From: Camelus dromedarius | Lineage: Eukaryota | DNA: 64,000 nucleotides | Direction: 5' to 3' | Assembly: GCF_036321535.1 (NCBI RefSeq) | Contig: NC_087437.1 | Span: forward strand, 49,974,001 to 50,038,000 | Shown here: positions 13,250 through 26,910 of the stretch, piece after piece | Layout: each line of letters begins with the position of its first letter | Numbering within the stretch: position 1 is the stretch's first letter | Made by a program: the position numbers and the translations under genes | The notes under the pieces: generated by a model | Database searches by the model: none | What the model was told of the DNA's origin: nothing | What the model saw: the letters and a program-made list of their open reading frames with translations, nothing else

Positions 13250-13715
13250 CTATACTTGGACCACAAAGATAACCTCAATGCATTTTAAAAAGAAGACAGA
13301 ATACAAAACAACATTCTATGACTAAAATGCACTAATACTAAAATTAACAACAAAATAAAAAACTAAAAAGGAACTTTCAGCTAGAAATTAAAAACACGTT
13401 GTTAAATAACACCTGAGTCAAAAAAATTATATTGAGTGGAAAAAGCCAGACACTAAAAGTATGTAGTGTATGATTTTATTTATGTGAAGTTAACAAGCAA
13501 AACTAACCCACGATGACAGAGATTAGAATAGTGGTTTCATCTGAGTATTAACTGAGAATATGCACAAAGAAACTTTCTGGTGGATGAAGACAGTCTAAAT
13601 CTTAATCTAAATGGTAGTTATATGAATGTACACATAAGCAAAAATTCATCAAGCTGTACACTTAAAATTTGTCCATTTTAATGTATGTAAATTATACCTC
13701 AATAAAAATAAAAGA
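13250..13715 (+). mobile_element. L1 fragments: ORF2 endonuclease end plus an L1M 3' UTR
   Basis: A GHK..LN.FKK/KLEINN/WKL..TLLNN-like remnant (13250-13425), followed by a 3' UTR ending 'aaaaattcatcaagctgtacacttaa...aaattatacctcaataaa'. Confidence 0.7.
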
Positions 13716-13769
13716 AATCTGATCAAGCTTCAATATCAAGCTGTAAATTAATGGGTAAAAGAGGGAAAA

Positions 13770-14288
13770 GAAAACATTCAAAGGAATACCAAGAGGATAT
13801 CAATAGCAAGGTGCACAAATAAAAAACTCTACAGGACAAACAACCTCAAAGGATAAGCAGTAAGAAGAAAAAAGATGGAAGAGTACTTAAAGATTAAATA
13901 AGCCTTAAGAGATATATTAATCAATTGCAATTTATGCACTTTATTTGGAACCTAATTTGAACAAACTATGTACGTGCAAAACAGCCAGGAAATCCTTAGC
14001 TACCTATATATCAAGAATGTTATTAGTTTTTATGGGATCTTATGTGATAATTTTTTTAAAAGAGTCCTCATTTTTTAGAGATATATATTAAAGTATTTAT
14101 ACTTGAAATTATATGACATCTGAATTTGCTTTAAAAAAACTAAGCAGGGGAGTAGAACAAGTGAAGACAAAACAAGACTGGCCATAAATAATAACTACTG
14201 AATCTGGATGGGGGTGCATAGAAGTTCATTATACTCTTCTCTCAACTTGCTCATGTTTGAAATTTCTACAATAAATTTTTAAAGTTTA
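13770..14288 (+). mobile_element. L1MC-type 3' UTR
   Basis: 'ttaagagatatattaatcaattgcaat...gaagttcattatactcttctctcaactt...atgtttgaaatttctacaataaa'. Confidence 0.7.
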
Positions 14289-15413
14289 AGATGTCATTGT
14301 TCATTTACATTTATTTACCCATTCATTCAAAAATTTTTGAGCAATCACTAAACATTTGAAAGAAACAACAGCAACAACGAAAACAAATTTGAATTTACCT
14401 AAATCTGGAGGAAATGTGGAGTGTAATAATTCAAAATAGAAAAAAATAAAGACAGAATCCTTTTCAATAAAGATGTTTTCTTCTCCATCCAGGTCACAAT
14501 AAAAACATTCTATTTTATCAGAGACAAGATAAATCCCTTTGGAATTGCTATTTGACCTCTCCTCATTAAAAAAAAAAAAATAGACAAAAACGAAACTCTT
14601 GTATGGGCATCTACAAGATAAACTCCACTCCATCCATGCGTAAATTAATGAAGTAGGTGAGCTGGTTTTCATTAGTCTCATTATACCCCTTTCAATGCCT
14701 TTTTTACCTTCTCACAGATGCCTTTCAGATCTACCACAGTCCAAACTCGCTTTTGGTAAACTGCCTGTTAGTATAATGTGTTACCTTTCCAGGAAACTGT
14801 AATCCTTATTACAACCCAGAGAATATGTTATTATTCCCATTTTTCAGATGAGAAGATAAAGGTTTAAATTTAGGTTCAAGAGTTATCAGAAATAAGGTAC
14901 AAACTCTGACTTGGAACTCCATAGAAATGACTCAAAAAGGGAACTTTAGTCTTCCAAGGGTTTTTCAAGAAAAGAGTCATATTTCAAAACATGAGTGGGC
15001 ATGTCTGTGTTCTCCACATGAAATAAGGCTGACTCTGGGAGACCAGGAATATATTTAAACCCACCCATTAGAGGACAGGTACTGAGGATGGGTCTTGAGA
15101 TGCAGCCCAGGCCAAAGAGGACCATGGTACCCAAAGTATCTGACAGCAGATGAAGATGGTAATTCTTGCAAGTGGTTGGAAAAATTAGAGACAATATATG
15201 TCTCAGCCCTTAGTGGTCAATGAAGAGAAAGCAGATTATTATTTCTAGAGGTAGAACCAGCCAAAGCAATGTTAACGCTCATTCTGGAAAAATCATGGGA
15301 TAGACAGATCATCTACACTGGAATTTCGTGTAAGGAAAATGACAGATGTCAAGAGGCTATCATCATCAAGGTACAAGGTAAAACTAGACTGGCTACAAGA
15401 ATGGCCCATTGCA

Positions 15414-16027
15414 CATATATCCAAAGGAAACTCTAACTTGAAAAGATACATGCACCCCAGTGTTCACAGCTGCACTTTTTACATTAGCCAAGACATGAAA
15501 GCAACCTAAATGGCCATCAACAGATGAATGGATAAAGAAAATGTTGTGTACATATATACCATGGAATCCTAGTCAGCCATAAAAAGGAATGAAATAATGT
15601 CACTGGCAGCAATATGGATGGCATTAGAGACTATCATACTAATTGAAGTCAGTCAGTCAGAGAAAGACAAATATCATATGATATCACTTATATGTGGAAT
15701 CTAAAAAAATGACATGAATGAAAAACAGAAAGAGACTCACAGACACAGAAAACAAATTTACAGTTACCAGGGCAGGAAAGGGGGAGGGTAGGATAAATTG
15801 AGAGTCTGGTATTAACAGATACAAACTACTATGTACAGAATAGATGAACAAGTCCTAGTGTATAGCACAGGGAACTATATTCAATGACTTGTAGTAGCCT
15901 GTAATGAAAAAGAATATGTATGTATTTGCATGTATAACTGAATCACTATGCTGTACACCAGAAACTAATGCAACACTGTATATCAACTATACTTCAATTT
16001 AAAAAATTGGAAAAGAAAAAAAAAAAA
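15414..16027 (+). mobile_element. 5'-truncated LINE-1 3' end (intermediate age, artiodactyl type) with A tail
   Basis: ORF2 tail 'gatacatgcaccccagtgttcacagc...gatgaatggataaagaaa', then a 3' UTR 'tatagcacagggaactatattcaa...tcaactatacttcaattt' and poly-A. A degenerate TSD is possible (aagaatggcccattgca / aaaaaagactcattgca). Confidence 0.9.
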
Positions 16028-17877
16028 GACTCATTGCAGCATCACTCAATCCTTGAGCTAGGACTGCTTAAAGTCTCTTCTTAGGTAGCCTACAGGTGAG
16101 TGTCTGAATGTGTGCATGTGTGTGTGTGTCTGTGTGTAAGAAGGAAGAGGGAGGGACTGATTCTACTGGACAAAAAAAGGGACAAGAATATGACCTATAA
16201 AAACTATACTACCCCATCATTCCTAATTGAGGCATATTTAGTTACAGGAGCTGATTGATTAAGCAATTCTGAGATTATTGCACTGAAGCCAAGAGCACTT
16301 CCTTTGGAATAAGAGCCAAGTATGAATTTTAACTCTTTGGCTTACTAGCTTTGGAACTGTCAGGAGTTATTTAACCTATCTGAGCCCAGGATTTACAGGA
16401 TTCTGTAAAGTTTCATTTTGGGCTTTCATCTAACCATACAGTTATTGCCTTCAAAATTAAAAATACTCACGGTTATATCACAAGAATTTCACAGTTGAAA
16501 GCTTCTCATTAGTAAAAGAGTACCTGTGATATGATGGGAACCCAAGAAAGAATGTACTGGAATGGACAAATGAATCAATGCCTGATTAGATAAATGTAGC
16601 ATCAAATACTCTCCACGTATGGATCTTAGGCCTTGGATTGGGGGAGGGTCATGCCTAAGTCTTCCTTGAACATTTTGAAATCTAGCTCCCTAAACTCTAG
16701 ATTTTACTTGGCATTCCTTTTCTTGACTAGTAGAAACACACTCTACCCATCTCTCCCGGAGTGGAAGTCTCCCACTTCCATTTCATCAACTCTTTCCCTC
16801 TTGCTTCCTTCATTCTGTCATTCAAATTAAGAAAATAACAGGCCTGGAGAACGTTTGAAATGAATTCTACTTCTCATAATTATAAGGAAAAAATCATTTT
16901 ACAGATTTTAAAAGATAGATTAGAGAAGTATTATTATTATTGGGATTTAATGCCTATGTTTTCAGTTTTAGCATAGAGTTCAGAGAAATTCCCAGCTTGT
17001 GAACAAAGTCGAGCTAGTCACAGGAAAGGTACTCAGACTATTGTACTTCATACATAGCACTGAGCGAGCATTAAGTGCTACTTTAATCCCAACTTTCTCA
17101 TAGTATCTCTCTAATGAATTTCTTGTCATCATAGGCAGTCTTTTATGTAATTCATGTTTCTGTGTGTCACATGGTAGAATGAAACAAAGACCAGCCAAAT
17201 GCCATAAACCACCCAGAAGCCTCTTTGCTGCTTTAAGGAGACCAACAAATCCATTCTTATTGGTATTCCTGTAAACCCTTATAAATACTGGTTAGACTTC
17301 CATGGTCATTTAAGAGACTTTCATATGGTTTTTGAAATGCTCTCCAGACATATTGCTTTTATCTTTTTTTTCCTTTATTGATTTTTCTCCTTAAGACTTT
17401 AATTCACTCTTCTGAGGTTGCTACAGTCAAGAGAGAAATTCTGCAGATCACATAGAGATAACATCCTAACCCAGACTGGGTCACATGCATCTCACATAAG
17501 AATACCAGCTTCCTGCAGATAACTGGTCCTTTCCTGCGTTTCAAGCCCTTTCGGTCTCGCTTTTCATTTTTTTTCTGTCCCTTAGTATTTGAGACTTAAT
17601 CTTTCTTCAGTCTTATTCTTCATGCTGAGCTCATCTGAAATGTACCAATAATTGCTACCAGCTAAATCTGGTTTCATCATTCTGAAATTCCTCATTGAAA
17701 GCATCCCTGTGGAATAGGAATCTGATCATTTCTTGCAGGTTAAAGAGATATTTGAGATGTGGCTTCACCAAAACACTATAGTGGAAGCATAGATAATTCC
17801 TGGGTGAATTTGATTATATTTCTAAAAGGTACAGGCATATAACATTTAGCTAAATGCTTTTAAAAAACACCATTTAA

Positions 17878-19186
17878 ATGGTATTGGGAAAACTGGACAG
17901 TAGCATGTTAAACAATGAAGCTAGAACATTCCCTTACACCATATACAAAAATTAACTCAAAATGGATCAAAGACTTAAACATAAGACAAGATACAATAAA
18001 CCTCCTAGAGGAAAATGTAGGCAAAACATTATCTGACATACATCTCAAAAATGTTCTCCTAGAACAGTCTACTCAAGCAATAGAAATAAAAGCAAGAATA
18101 AACAAATGGGACCTAATGAAACTTACAAGCTTCTGCACAGCAAAGGAAACCATAAGCAAAACAAAAAGACAACCTACAGAATGGGAAAAAATTTTTGCAG
18201 ATGAAACCGACAAAGGCTTGATCTCCAGAATATATAAGCAGCTCACACGACTTAATAAGAAAAAAATAAACAACCCAATCCAAAAATAGGCAGAAGACCT
18301 AAACAAGCAATTCTCCAAGGAAGACATACAAATGATCAAAAGGCACATGAAAAAATGCTCAATATCACTAATTATCAGAGAAATGCAAATCAAAACTACA
18401 ATGAGGTATCACCTCACACCAGTCAGAATGGTCATCATTCAAAAATCCACAAATGACAAATGCTGGAGAGGCTGTGGAGAAAGGGGAACCCTCCTACACT
18501 GCTGGTGGGAATGCAGTTTGGTGCAGCCACTATGGAAAACAGTGTGGAGATTCCTCAAAGGACTAGGAATAGACTTACCATATGACCCAGGAATCCCACT
18601 CCTGGGCTTGTATCCAGAAGGAAATCTACTTCAGGATGACACCTGCACCCCAATGTTCATAGCAGCACTATTTACAATAGTGAAGACATGGAAACGGCCT
18701 AAATGTCCATCAACAGGTGACTGGATAAAGAAGATGTGGTATATTTATACAATGGAATACTACTCAGCCATAAAAACCAACAACATAATGCTATTTGCAG
18801 CAACATGGATGCTCCTGGAGAATGTCATTCTAAGTGAAGTAAGCCAGAAAGAGAAAGAAAAATACCATATGAGATCGCTCATATGTGGAATCTAAAAAAA
18901 CAACAACAACAACAACAAAACAAAGCATAAATACAAAGCAGAAATAGACTCATAGGCATAGAATACAAACTTGTGGTTGCCAAGGGGGTGGAGGGTGGGA
19001 AGGGATAGACGGGATTTCAAAATTGTAGAATAGTACAGGGAAATATACACAAAATCTTATGGTAGCTCACAGAGAAAAAAATGTGACAATGAATATATAT
19101 ATGTTCATGTATAACTGAAAAATTGTGCTGAACACTGGAATTTGACACAACATTGTAAAATGATTATAAATCAATAAAAATATTTA
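17878..19186 (+). mobile_element. Young 5'-truncated LINE-1 insertion with perfect 16-bp TSD
   Basis: TSD aaaaaacaccatttaa at 17862-17877 and 19187-19202, at a TTTT|AAAAAA site. Near-intact ORF2 C-terminus, then a 3' UTR with a G-rich stretch and AATAAA at ~19173. Confidence 0.97.
17879..18895 (+). pseudogene. LINE-1 ORF2 C-terminal fragment with one in-frame stop (TAG 18287-18289)
   Basis: ORFs 17915-18289 and 18332-18895 are in the same frame. They contain TPYTKINSKWIKDLN, the CCHC knuckle [18 protein letters not shown] and [13 protein letters not shown]. Confidence 0.95.
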
Positions 19187-20404
19187 AAAAAACACCATTT
19201 AATTTGATTAAAGCACTAAGTGGAATAATTTTTTTTAATCATGTGGTAACTAGTTTACAAAGTTTAATATTCGGCAGAAAAATGCCTTTAGTTTTTATTG
19301 TTTTATTGTTAGGTACACCAAGTCTGCAATGCACTGAGAGAATGATAGCTTAATCTATTTTATCTTCCAGATGTTGTAATTATTAAATTCAACAAGTATT
19401 TCCTGAGTTCCTACATTATGTTAGGTATTTGGGGAGGTACTGAATACAGGGTTTAAGAATCACAAACCACAGCAAATATGTATATATTACAGATATGCAA
19501 ACAAATGAATGACACTGTGAGAAATACATGTTTCTATGATTGAGTCTATATGGGAGTCAGGGAAGGCTTCCTTAGGGAGGCGACATTTGACATTTTCAAT
19601 TAAAATATCTTCAAGGGAGACTATTAATTTATTCCTTTACAAGTTTTGCCTTTTTCCCTCAATCTGCGGTCATCATTATTATTAACGTCACATTATATCA
19701 CTTACAGTTCTGTCATTTAGAAGGTATTAGCAATTTCACAAATTATTCCAAGTTTCCTCCCAGAATCATTAACTATTAGAGATAAGAGGGACACAAGGCA
19801 TGTCTACAAAGAAAATGAAGTTGATCTGAGGGCTTCCTTTCCTTCCTCAAGTCATAATTCTTCCCCAAGCCCACTGGCATCAATCCTATGTCTTAATCCA
19901 GTTACACCCTGTTAAAGACCTAATTGCTAAGTAAAGGGCTAACTTTTATCCTTCCATATGTTTGCATTTTAATTGAGCAATAGGAAGAACAAAATGACTG
20001 GGAAATGTACAACAATAAAGCTATAACATTGGAATGATGGCAGTAGGGTTGACCTTTGCAGTGTACAGAGCCAGTGGGGCCACGTCCACAGATTAAATGA
20101 TGTAGAAAGCCATGGGATGATATACTTATAAAACTAGTGATGGATTAAACATCTCTACTCCACTTTAATGAGTACACTGATTTTTCTCAAGCTCACAAGA
20201 CAAAAAAAATTGAGGCGGCAGGAATCTAAATGTCTTGACTTCTCTGAAAAGTCTTGACTTCCTAGTTCTTCCTGTTAGACTATTCTACTTTACCTCTTAG
20301 TATTATTAATTTTATTCACTTAAATTGTTCAATTAATAATGATGTCTGCTTGTGTAGTAATTTATAATTTACATTCTTCTCATGTTATCTCATTTACTCC
20401 CCAA

Positions 20405-20520
20405 AACAACCAAATGAAGAAACTGAGACACTGAGTGGTTGAGAGATTTGCCCAAGGTTCCACAGCTGGTGGCAGAGCTGGTACTGATCTGGTATGTGAA
20501 GGCACAGAGTCTGTACCACT
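20405..20520 (-). mobile_element. MIR core
   Basis: 'aaatgaagaaactgagacactgagtggttgagagatttgcccaaggttccacagctggtggcagagctgg'. Confidence 0.7.
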
Positions 20521-22259
20521 GCCACCTCTCCTCTGCCAGGGTAGATGCTGCTGACCTGTTTGGCCTTAGCACACTCCTGCCACTGTCCACTTTGTCCCCA
20601 AGTGAAGAAACAAATTTCCCATACAGAAGCAGCTCTCCTGTGGCCAAGGATATAAAAATAGCTGTGTTCTGAGGCCAGAACTCTCCCTCAAATCTTCTTA
20701 AGGTCCATTCAAAGAACATGGCATTTCCAAAACCCATGGATTCTAATTCTTATTATTTTTGTATTTATTTATTGTTTATAGGAAGAGTACAGAACACGTT
20801 GCATATTTATGACACCAAAAGAGGAAGCATGAAGTGCCCACTCCAGCCAGTAAGTTCCAAGGCACAAAGGCCCCAGCAACCCTGGATACAACAAATCCTC
20901 AGCCTGCCATCCCTTCTGGAGTGCCATGAGTGGACTTCCTGTGTGATTCTGAGGTGGAGTCAGCTGAAGTCATAAGAGTTGGCAACCAGTTCCCCTCCAT
21001 AGATGGCATTCATTTGGGAAGCTTGACTGGTGGCTTCATAGGATTGGAGAAAGGGGGAGGGGGAGCCAAAGAGAGGAGGAGGAGCCCTGGGCAGAAGTCC
21101 AAGTTCCGTGGCACTGGCCCCACGGAACTCTGGAAACAAGAATCAGGCATGGGCTGCACAGGTTCCAAGTCACAGGGCTTCCATGGCTGGCAAGCGTCAA
21201 GGCGGAAATTCAGCTGAATAGAGCCCTAAATGTTTTTTTGTTTGACATTCATGCTTAACAGAAAATGATGAATCCATTAGCAACTCCTTCCGTTGCCAAA
21301 AGAAACAGACTTGCACTTGTAGATTGCTTTCATTCTGCGCTATCAAGCCACTGCATGTGCTGCTTTCACAAAGCTGACAGTCATCTATCATTTTTAAATG
21401 GGTTTAGAGGTACAGTCGTCTTTGTCTGAAGTGTGTGGATGTGTCAGCGTGAATATGACTCATTAAAACAGACTGACCCAAACAGTTTAAACAGGATTCA
21501 CAGTAGGGGGAAAATGTTTTATTTGAGGTTTGTTTGGAATTATTTTGAAGTTTGTCACTAATTTTGAAAAACAATGGGCTCATTTTCCCAACTTCTTTTT
21601 CTTCCCTGAGATGTGTTGAAGAGAACAAATAGCTATATTATATGCTGTCTCAAAAACATGCTCTTTTGGAAATGAAGAAAGATTCTATGATTAGGATGAA
21701 ATTTCAAGAGTTCCCTTGTGCTCTAGAACATTTCACATACTTAAATGACTTCATGAAACTCCCCCAAGTTTCTCTATCTTGCCTCAGCCCCTGACCCCTA
21801 GCCCATAAATGACATCTTTGAACATAATCTTTAGAGCCGTTTTTCATCATTTCGATTAGCCTCTCAAGGTATACCTTTTGAAGTCAATGATTTAACATAT
21901 GGATTAAATCTTCCACAAAATGGGTTTAAATATTAAGAGGAAAGCACCTGGATATAAGCATCTGGATCCCATAGGACATCATTTTATTTTAAATGCTTCA
22001 AGATGTTCAATAAAAATTGAATATGGCCAAACTCATCTCCAGTGTAAGCCTGTGGGTCTTCAACTTACTCCCCAATGGCTCTCTTCTCTCTCTCTCTCTC
22101 CCCTGTCATCCAACACTGACATTAAGTTCCTAAAGCAATAATAGAAATGCAAATTGTAGAAATCAAGATCCAAGAAGATCCTCACATATCAGTGATGATG
22201 AAAGCAATTTGTCAAGAGTTTCAATGCAACTAGTATGGTTTGAGTCTTACAGGTAGTTA

Positions 22260-22533
22260 CAGAGGGAAATATTCAAAATATTTAACACACATAAGTTCTG
22301 GGCACAGCCCATCAGAACAGAGCAGGGTCTTGGAAGCCTCTTGCTAGGGCAAATGCTAACCCTTAGGTTGCTGAATGCAGGAGATTCAAAGAGTGTTGAC
22401 ATCAAGGAGGTTGGGGCAGTGGGTGAAGGTAGATTGAGGGTAATGGGAGTGGCTATTTATTAATCAGCAGAGAAGTATTTCAATATTTTAATGCCCTGCT
22501 ATACCAGTGTATATTGGCTGAATTCTAGCCCTG
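22260..22533. mobile_element. Non-autonomous hAT-type DNA transposon (possibly ORSL/Tip100-like)
   Basis: Imperfect terminal inverted repeats cagagggaaatattca... / ...tgaattctagccctg, with an internal repeat of 'attcaaaatatttaa'. The family name is recalled and no TSD is visible. Confidence 0.45.
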
Positions 22534-23629
22534 TTTTTACTATCTCTTGTTCATCATGGCATAGATTCCTAGGACTTGAGAAAACAAAAGCTAGAATACC
22601 TCATTAATGTTTTGGCATTACTTAATAGACTATCACTTCTTTCTGTGCAAAGCTCAAATTAACTGAGCACCTGCTAAGTTCCCAAGGGCTGTGCCAACAG
22701 CTCCCACAGGAATGAACGGTTGTTGGAAGTGAGGGATAAGGAAGAAATCCTAAGAAAAGGGTGAAATAGTAATTATGGTATAAAAACATTTTAAAATAAG
22801 AATTATTTCTTAGCCTTCACCCTATTTTACCCCAAAGAATTCTAGATTTTTAGCACTTGCAAAGCTTATTTGTAGAATGAAATATGTATAACATGTATTT
22901 AACTTATGTCACATATTTCCTTTAAGGAGCTAAAATGATTTGACAAAGTAACCAATTCAATAATTTCTTGCTGCCACCACTCCCCCAAAAAAGGTAAATT
23001 CAAGGCAAATATTATGATAGCCATTTTTTCAGATGAAGACATTAAAGGAATTTTCAAGACCCTAGGTCTCAAACCAACCAAAGACCAGTTCAAGTCAACT
23101 CTTTTGTGCCCAAGGCTTCTTTGACCGAATTGGCAAGTGGTCTGACCACAAGTAACACTCTGACCTTGTTCTTTACAGAATTATAATTGGACAGCCCTAG
23201 GATAACTTAAGACACGTCAGAGCTTGAAATACACATCAAATGTAAAGAGGAATGCATTGCTTTTATAGGAAAGGCACTGACCAAAAAAACCCAGTTTCTA
23301 CTTAACTGCACAAAAATATAATTAAAAGCATTTGATACAGAAAAAAAAAAAGCATAGAAAGACCAAAAGAGAGAGCAGAAAGTTACATTCCTTCTAAAGA
23401 CTGTAAGTCAGAATGTGGAAGTTCATATTCAATTTTCTCAGGCAACACGCACTGTAGCAGGAGATTGCATTTCTGATCAAAACTCAAGTCCAAAATATTT
23501 TTAAATTATCAATTTATATGCTACATACAATTACAAACTCAATAATGTTTATGTAAACAAATATACATTTTATAAATATTGAAAAGGGCTGAAACTACAG
23601 CAACCTCATGTATTTAATAACAGGAAGTT

Positions 23630-23795
23630 AAATGCAGGCTACGGAGTCAGAATGCCCAAGTTTGTACTCCAGCGTTACAAATTACTCCCTCTGGCCCCTG
23701 CTTATAAAAAGGAGATACTAAGACATGGTAAGATGGTAAGGATTAATTGAGATATGTTTGCCACGTTCCAACAAAATGACTGGCGGAGAGTAGAT
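23630..23795 (+). mobile_element. MIR (degenerate)
   Basis: 'ggagtcagaatgcccaagtttg...tataaaaaggagatact...aggattaattgagata'. Confidence 0.45.
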
Positions 23796-24527
23796 ATTTG
23801 GGTGCCTCCCTCTCACTGGCATTTTTCACTCTCCTTTTTCATTGAACATTTCCCTTTAGCATTCAAAGACATTAGTAATTGAGTTACTGATCTTTTTGCT
23901 GCAAGTTTGGAATTTCTTCAAAAGCAATGTCAGTGCAGCTTCAGAAATACGTGGCCCCTCCTTTTGGTCCTAGCCACCCAAGTCTCCTCTCCATCCTGGA
24001 CTGCCAGGCAAGTTCCCAACGTCCTATTTTCTGATGGCCCCAGAACTTGGCCCATAATTCGCTTGGCACGTTGCTGCCACTTCACTGGTCATTTGGTTCT
24101 CTTTCAAGTGGAAGAACTATGCCAGGCCCTCTATAGAAGCAGGTGTGTGTTACCAAACTCTCTCCCTTTATTTATTACACTTCATCTTAAGAAAGTGCAA
24201 TGCATCTTTTGAGTTTACAGTGAGTAACTAACTAGAAGGAAAGACAAGGAAGAAAATGGAAGAAATAAGGGAAGATTTCATAAATTATTTAAATAATCCC
24301 ATTCATTAAGAGTCAATTCTGCTCTTGACTGAACAGCAAATGGAGCTAAAGTCTTTCCTGGTTCTCATAGTATATTTTGTTTATTAGTCTGGGCTCTCAT
24401 CATCTCTGACTTTATTAATTTATTCATCAAATATGTATCCAGTACCTACTGTGTGCCTGGTACAGAGAAATTTAGATACAGTTCCCAAACTTGAGATATG
24501 TCAAGTCTAGTCTTCCTCCCTCCAGAC

Positions 24528-24686
24528 TACTGGTTCTTAAACCTGACCGTGAAACAGAACCATCTGAAGGCATTGTAAAACCACTGTTTCCTGGGCTACT
24601 TCCTCAGCTTCTCATTCAGGAGGTCTGGGTAGGGGTCAGAGAATCTGCATTTCTAACCTGTGGGTGTTGGTCCAGGAAACCACTGC
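24528..24686. mobile_element. MER5A-like hAT-Charlie MITE
   Basis: 'tggttcttaaac...ttctcattcaggaggtctgggtaggggtcagagaatctgcatttctaac...aaccactg'. Confidence 0.65.
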
Positions 24687-26229
24687 TTTAGGCTCTAATC
24701 CATTGTCTTTACCATCATATGTGTAAACTTCCTAAAATATAATCAATCTCTCTATAGAGAAGAACCCTATTTGGTTCTCCCACAGAACTAACCTTCAAAC
24801 TTCAAGGCTGCTCCTTCTGTAGCCTCTTTCTGGTAATGACTGAGCATAAGGAAGTACTCGCACTCTAACTTCCTGAGTTAAGTCTAACTCTGTCTCTACC
24901 AAACATTGTGTATGCCCCTTTGAATTATTAGCTTCTGTGGAAACCAAAAGTCTTGGATTTTCATTTATTAAAAAGGGGAGAGAGGAGTAGTCTTCCTTTC
25001 ATAAATGTATTGGCTCACAAGGCATACAAAGCAGGCTTTTAGGAGTAGAAGGCAGTAATGGCACTAGAATGGAACTCTGCCATGAACATCTAAACCCTGA
25101 AAAAAGTTGTTTAAAAAATATATGTTTGAATTGAATAAATATCTGATGACACCAATCACTTTAAAGTACTTACTAACAGACTGCCTTCATTCTACAATCA
25201 TGTGTCTGAAACAGTAATGGGAAAAGAGAAATCATTGTATAAACATTAATACAGCACACAACGATATCAAAGAGAAAAAAGGAATACTAGCTTTCATTTT
25301 CATTCAGTGAGATTAGCCTAGAATAATTTACCAGTGGTTTTGTTTGAATTTACCAGGCAAAGTTTCAGTATGTGGTAAATTCTTAGGAAGCAACATTTAA
25401 AGTATCACACCACCTTTCACTAGGGTACAACCTTTCTGTATTGATATATTTTATGAGAAATGTTGTTTGTGTTAGAAATACACACCAAAATAAAGCATTT
25501 CTAAATAACTTCAATAAATACTCAGGTATCACCAAGAAATGGATTATGGTATTGGATTGCTAAAATCATCTGATTTGGGAAATTGAAGGGGAGAGACAGA
25601 GAGAGAGAGATTATAGACAGACAACGCCATGTATAATAATTACCATTTTCTTTCTTTCTCTGAAAACTGCTATGTTCATAGCTGTTAGTTTTTAAAATAT
25701 CTTGCTTGTGGGCAATCTTCTAACTTAGAAGCAAGGTGGAAGAAAATATATCAATAAAGCAGGCAAACGTAACACAAGTGCCCTGGAGTAAATGTGTGTG
25801 TGCATGTATGTGGGGAGGCACAGGGCAGGTGCGAGCCTGAGCACTGGTATTCACTTGGAGGTCTAATTTGGTACCTGCAGTTTTTTTTTTTTAATTGTGT
25901 CCCTACATTTGTAAGTAAAAAGTCATGTAATGGGTGAGTAGTTTTATAATTCCATCAACTTTATCAGCTAGTAAACTGGCCATACTCAGCCAGTCTACCC
26001 TTGCTGAGGTCTTGTACAGGCTCTGGATGGGAAGGGGAGTGTCTAGAAGGATTTGGGAGCAACTGCAATCAAACAGAACATTTGGAAGATTGGTGAACAA
26101 ATCCCACTGAACGACATTTGATGGCCTCTATATCTTCAAACCACTGGAAAGACAGTTTAAAAAGTCAAGCCATCAGTATTCATATTAAACAGATACATAC
26201 AAAACATCAACAGAAACCAAAGTCTTTTT

Positions 26230-26432
26230 AGTAGTAGCCTCGTGTGTGCAAAGAACATTAGATTTGAGCCAGGCACACCTGGGTGTGAATCCTAGCCTCA
26301 GAGTCTTATTCTCCAGTTCTTCTAATTGTAAAATAAAAACAGGGATCTGTTATGAGCAGTTAAGTGTGCTAACATATATAAAGCACATGGAACAGTGTCA
26401 GTACACAGTAGGCACATGGAAAATTATAGCCA
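26230..26432 (+). mobile_element. MIR
   Basis: 'cctgggtgtgaatcctagc...tgtaaaata...ataaagcacatggaacagtg...cacagtaggcac'. Confidence 0.6.
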
Positions 26433-26749
26433 TAGTGGTAGAACAAGAAGTGAATCATTTGAACTTTTTGTATGCAGCTCCCCATAGAGGGCAGAACTCC
26501 ACAAAACCTCAAGGCTGCTTAATGTATGTGTGCTGTACAAAGGAATAAATGAATGTTACAGAAATAATCATACTTCCCCAAAGATGATCAGATTGACAGA
26601 TTGAAAGATTTTCCAATAGCTTCCATGCCAGACATATCAACAAACATTTTTAAAACACCCACAAAGCACAAGGCATTGCTCTTAGAGCAGAGAAGGATAA
26701 ATAAGGATGATCTCAATGTTCTAAAGACAACGGTTTGAACGTCTCAATG

Positions 26750-26910
26750 GTAACAGCAGGTAGAATCACCTAGGAAGATTTCAAAAATCTCAATGCCCAT
26801 GCAGCACCTCATACCAATCAAATCAACATCTTTGGGGGTGGGATCCACCCATGAGTATTTCTTGTAACCCCCCTGGTGATTCCAATGCACAGCCAGAAGC
26901 AATGGTCTAG
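26750..26910. mobile_element. MER5-like DNA transposon inside decayed L2 sequence
   Basis: 'tagaatcacctagg...ccaatcaaatcaacatctttgggggtggg...ctggtgattccaatgcacagcca'. Confidence 0.55.

Noticed and set aside
17915..18895. The 124-aa and 187-aa ORFs as host protein-coding genes
   Set aside because: They are the LINE-1 ORF2 C-terminus within a 5'-truncated, TSD-bounded insertion, split by a stop codon.
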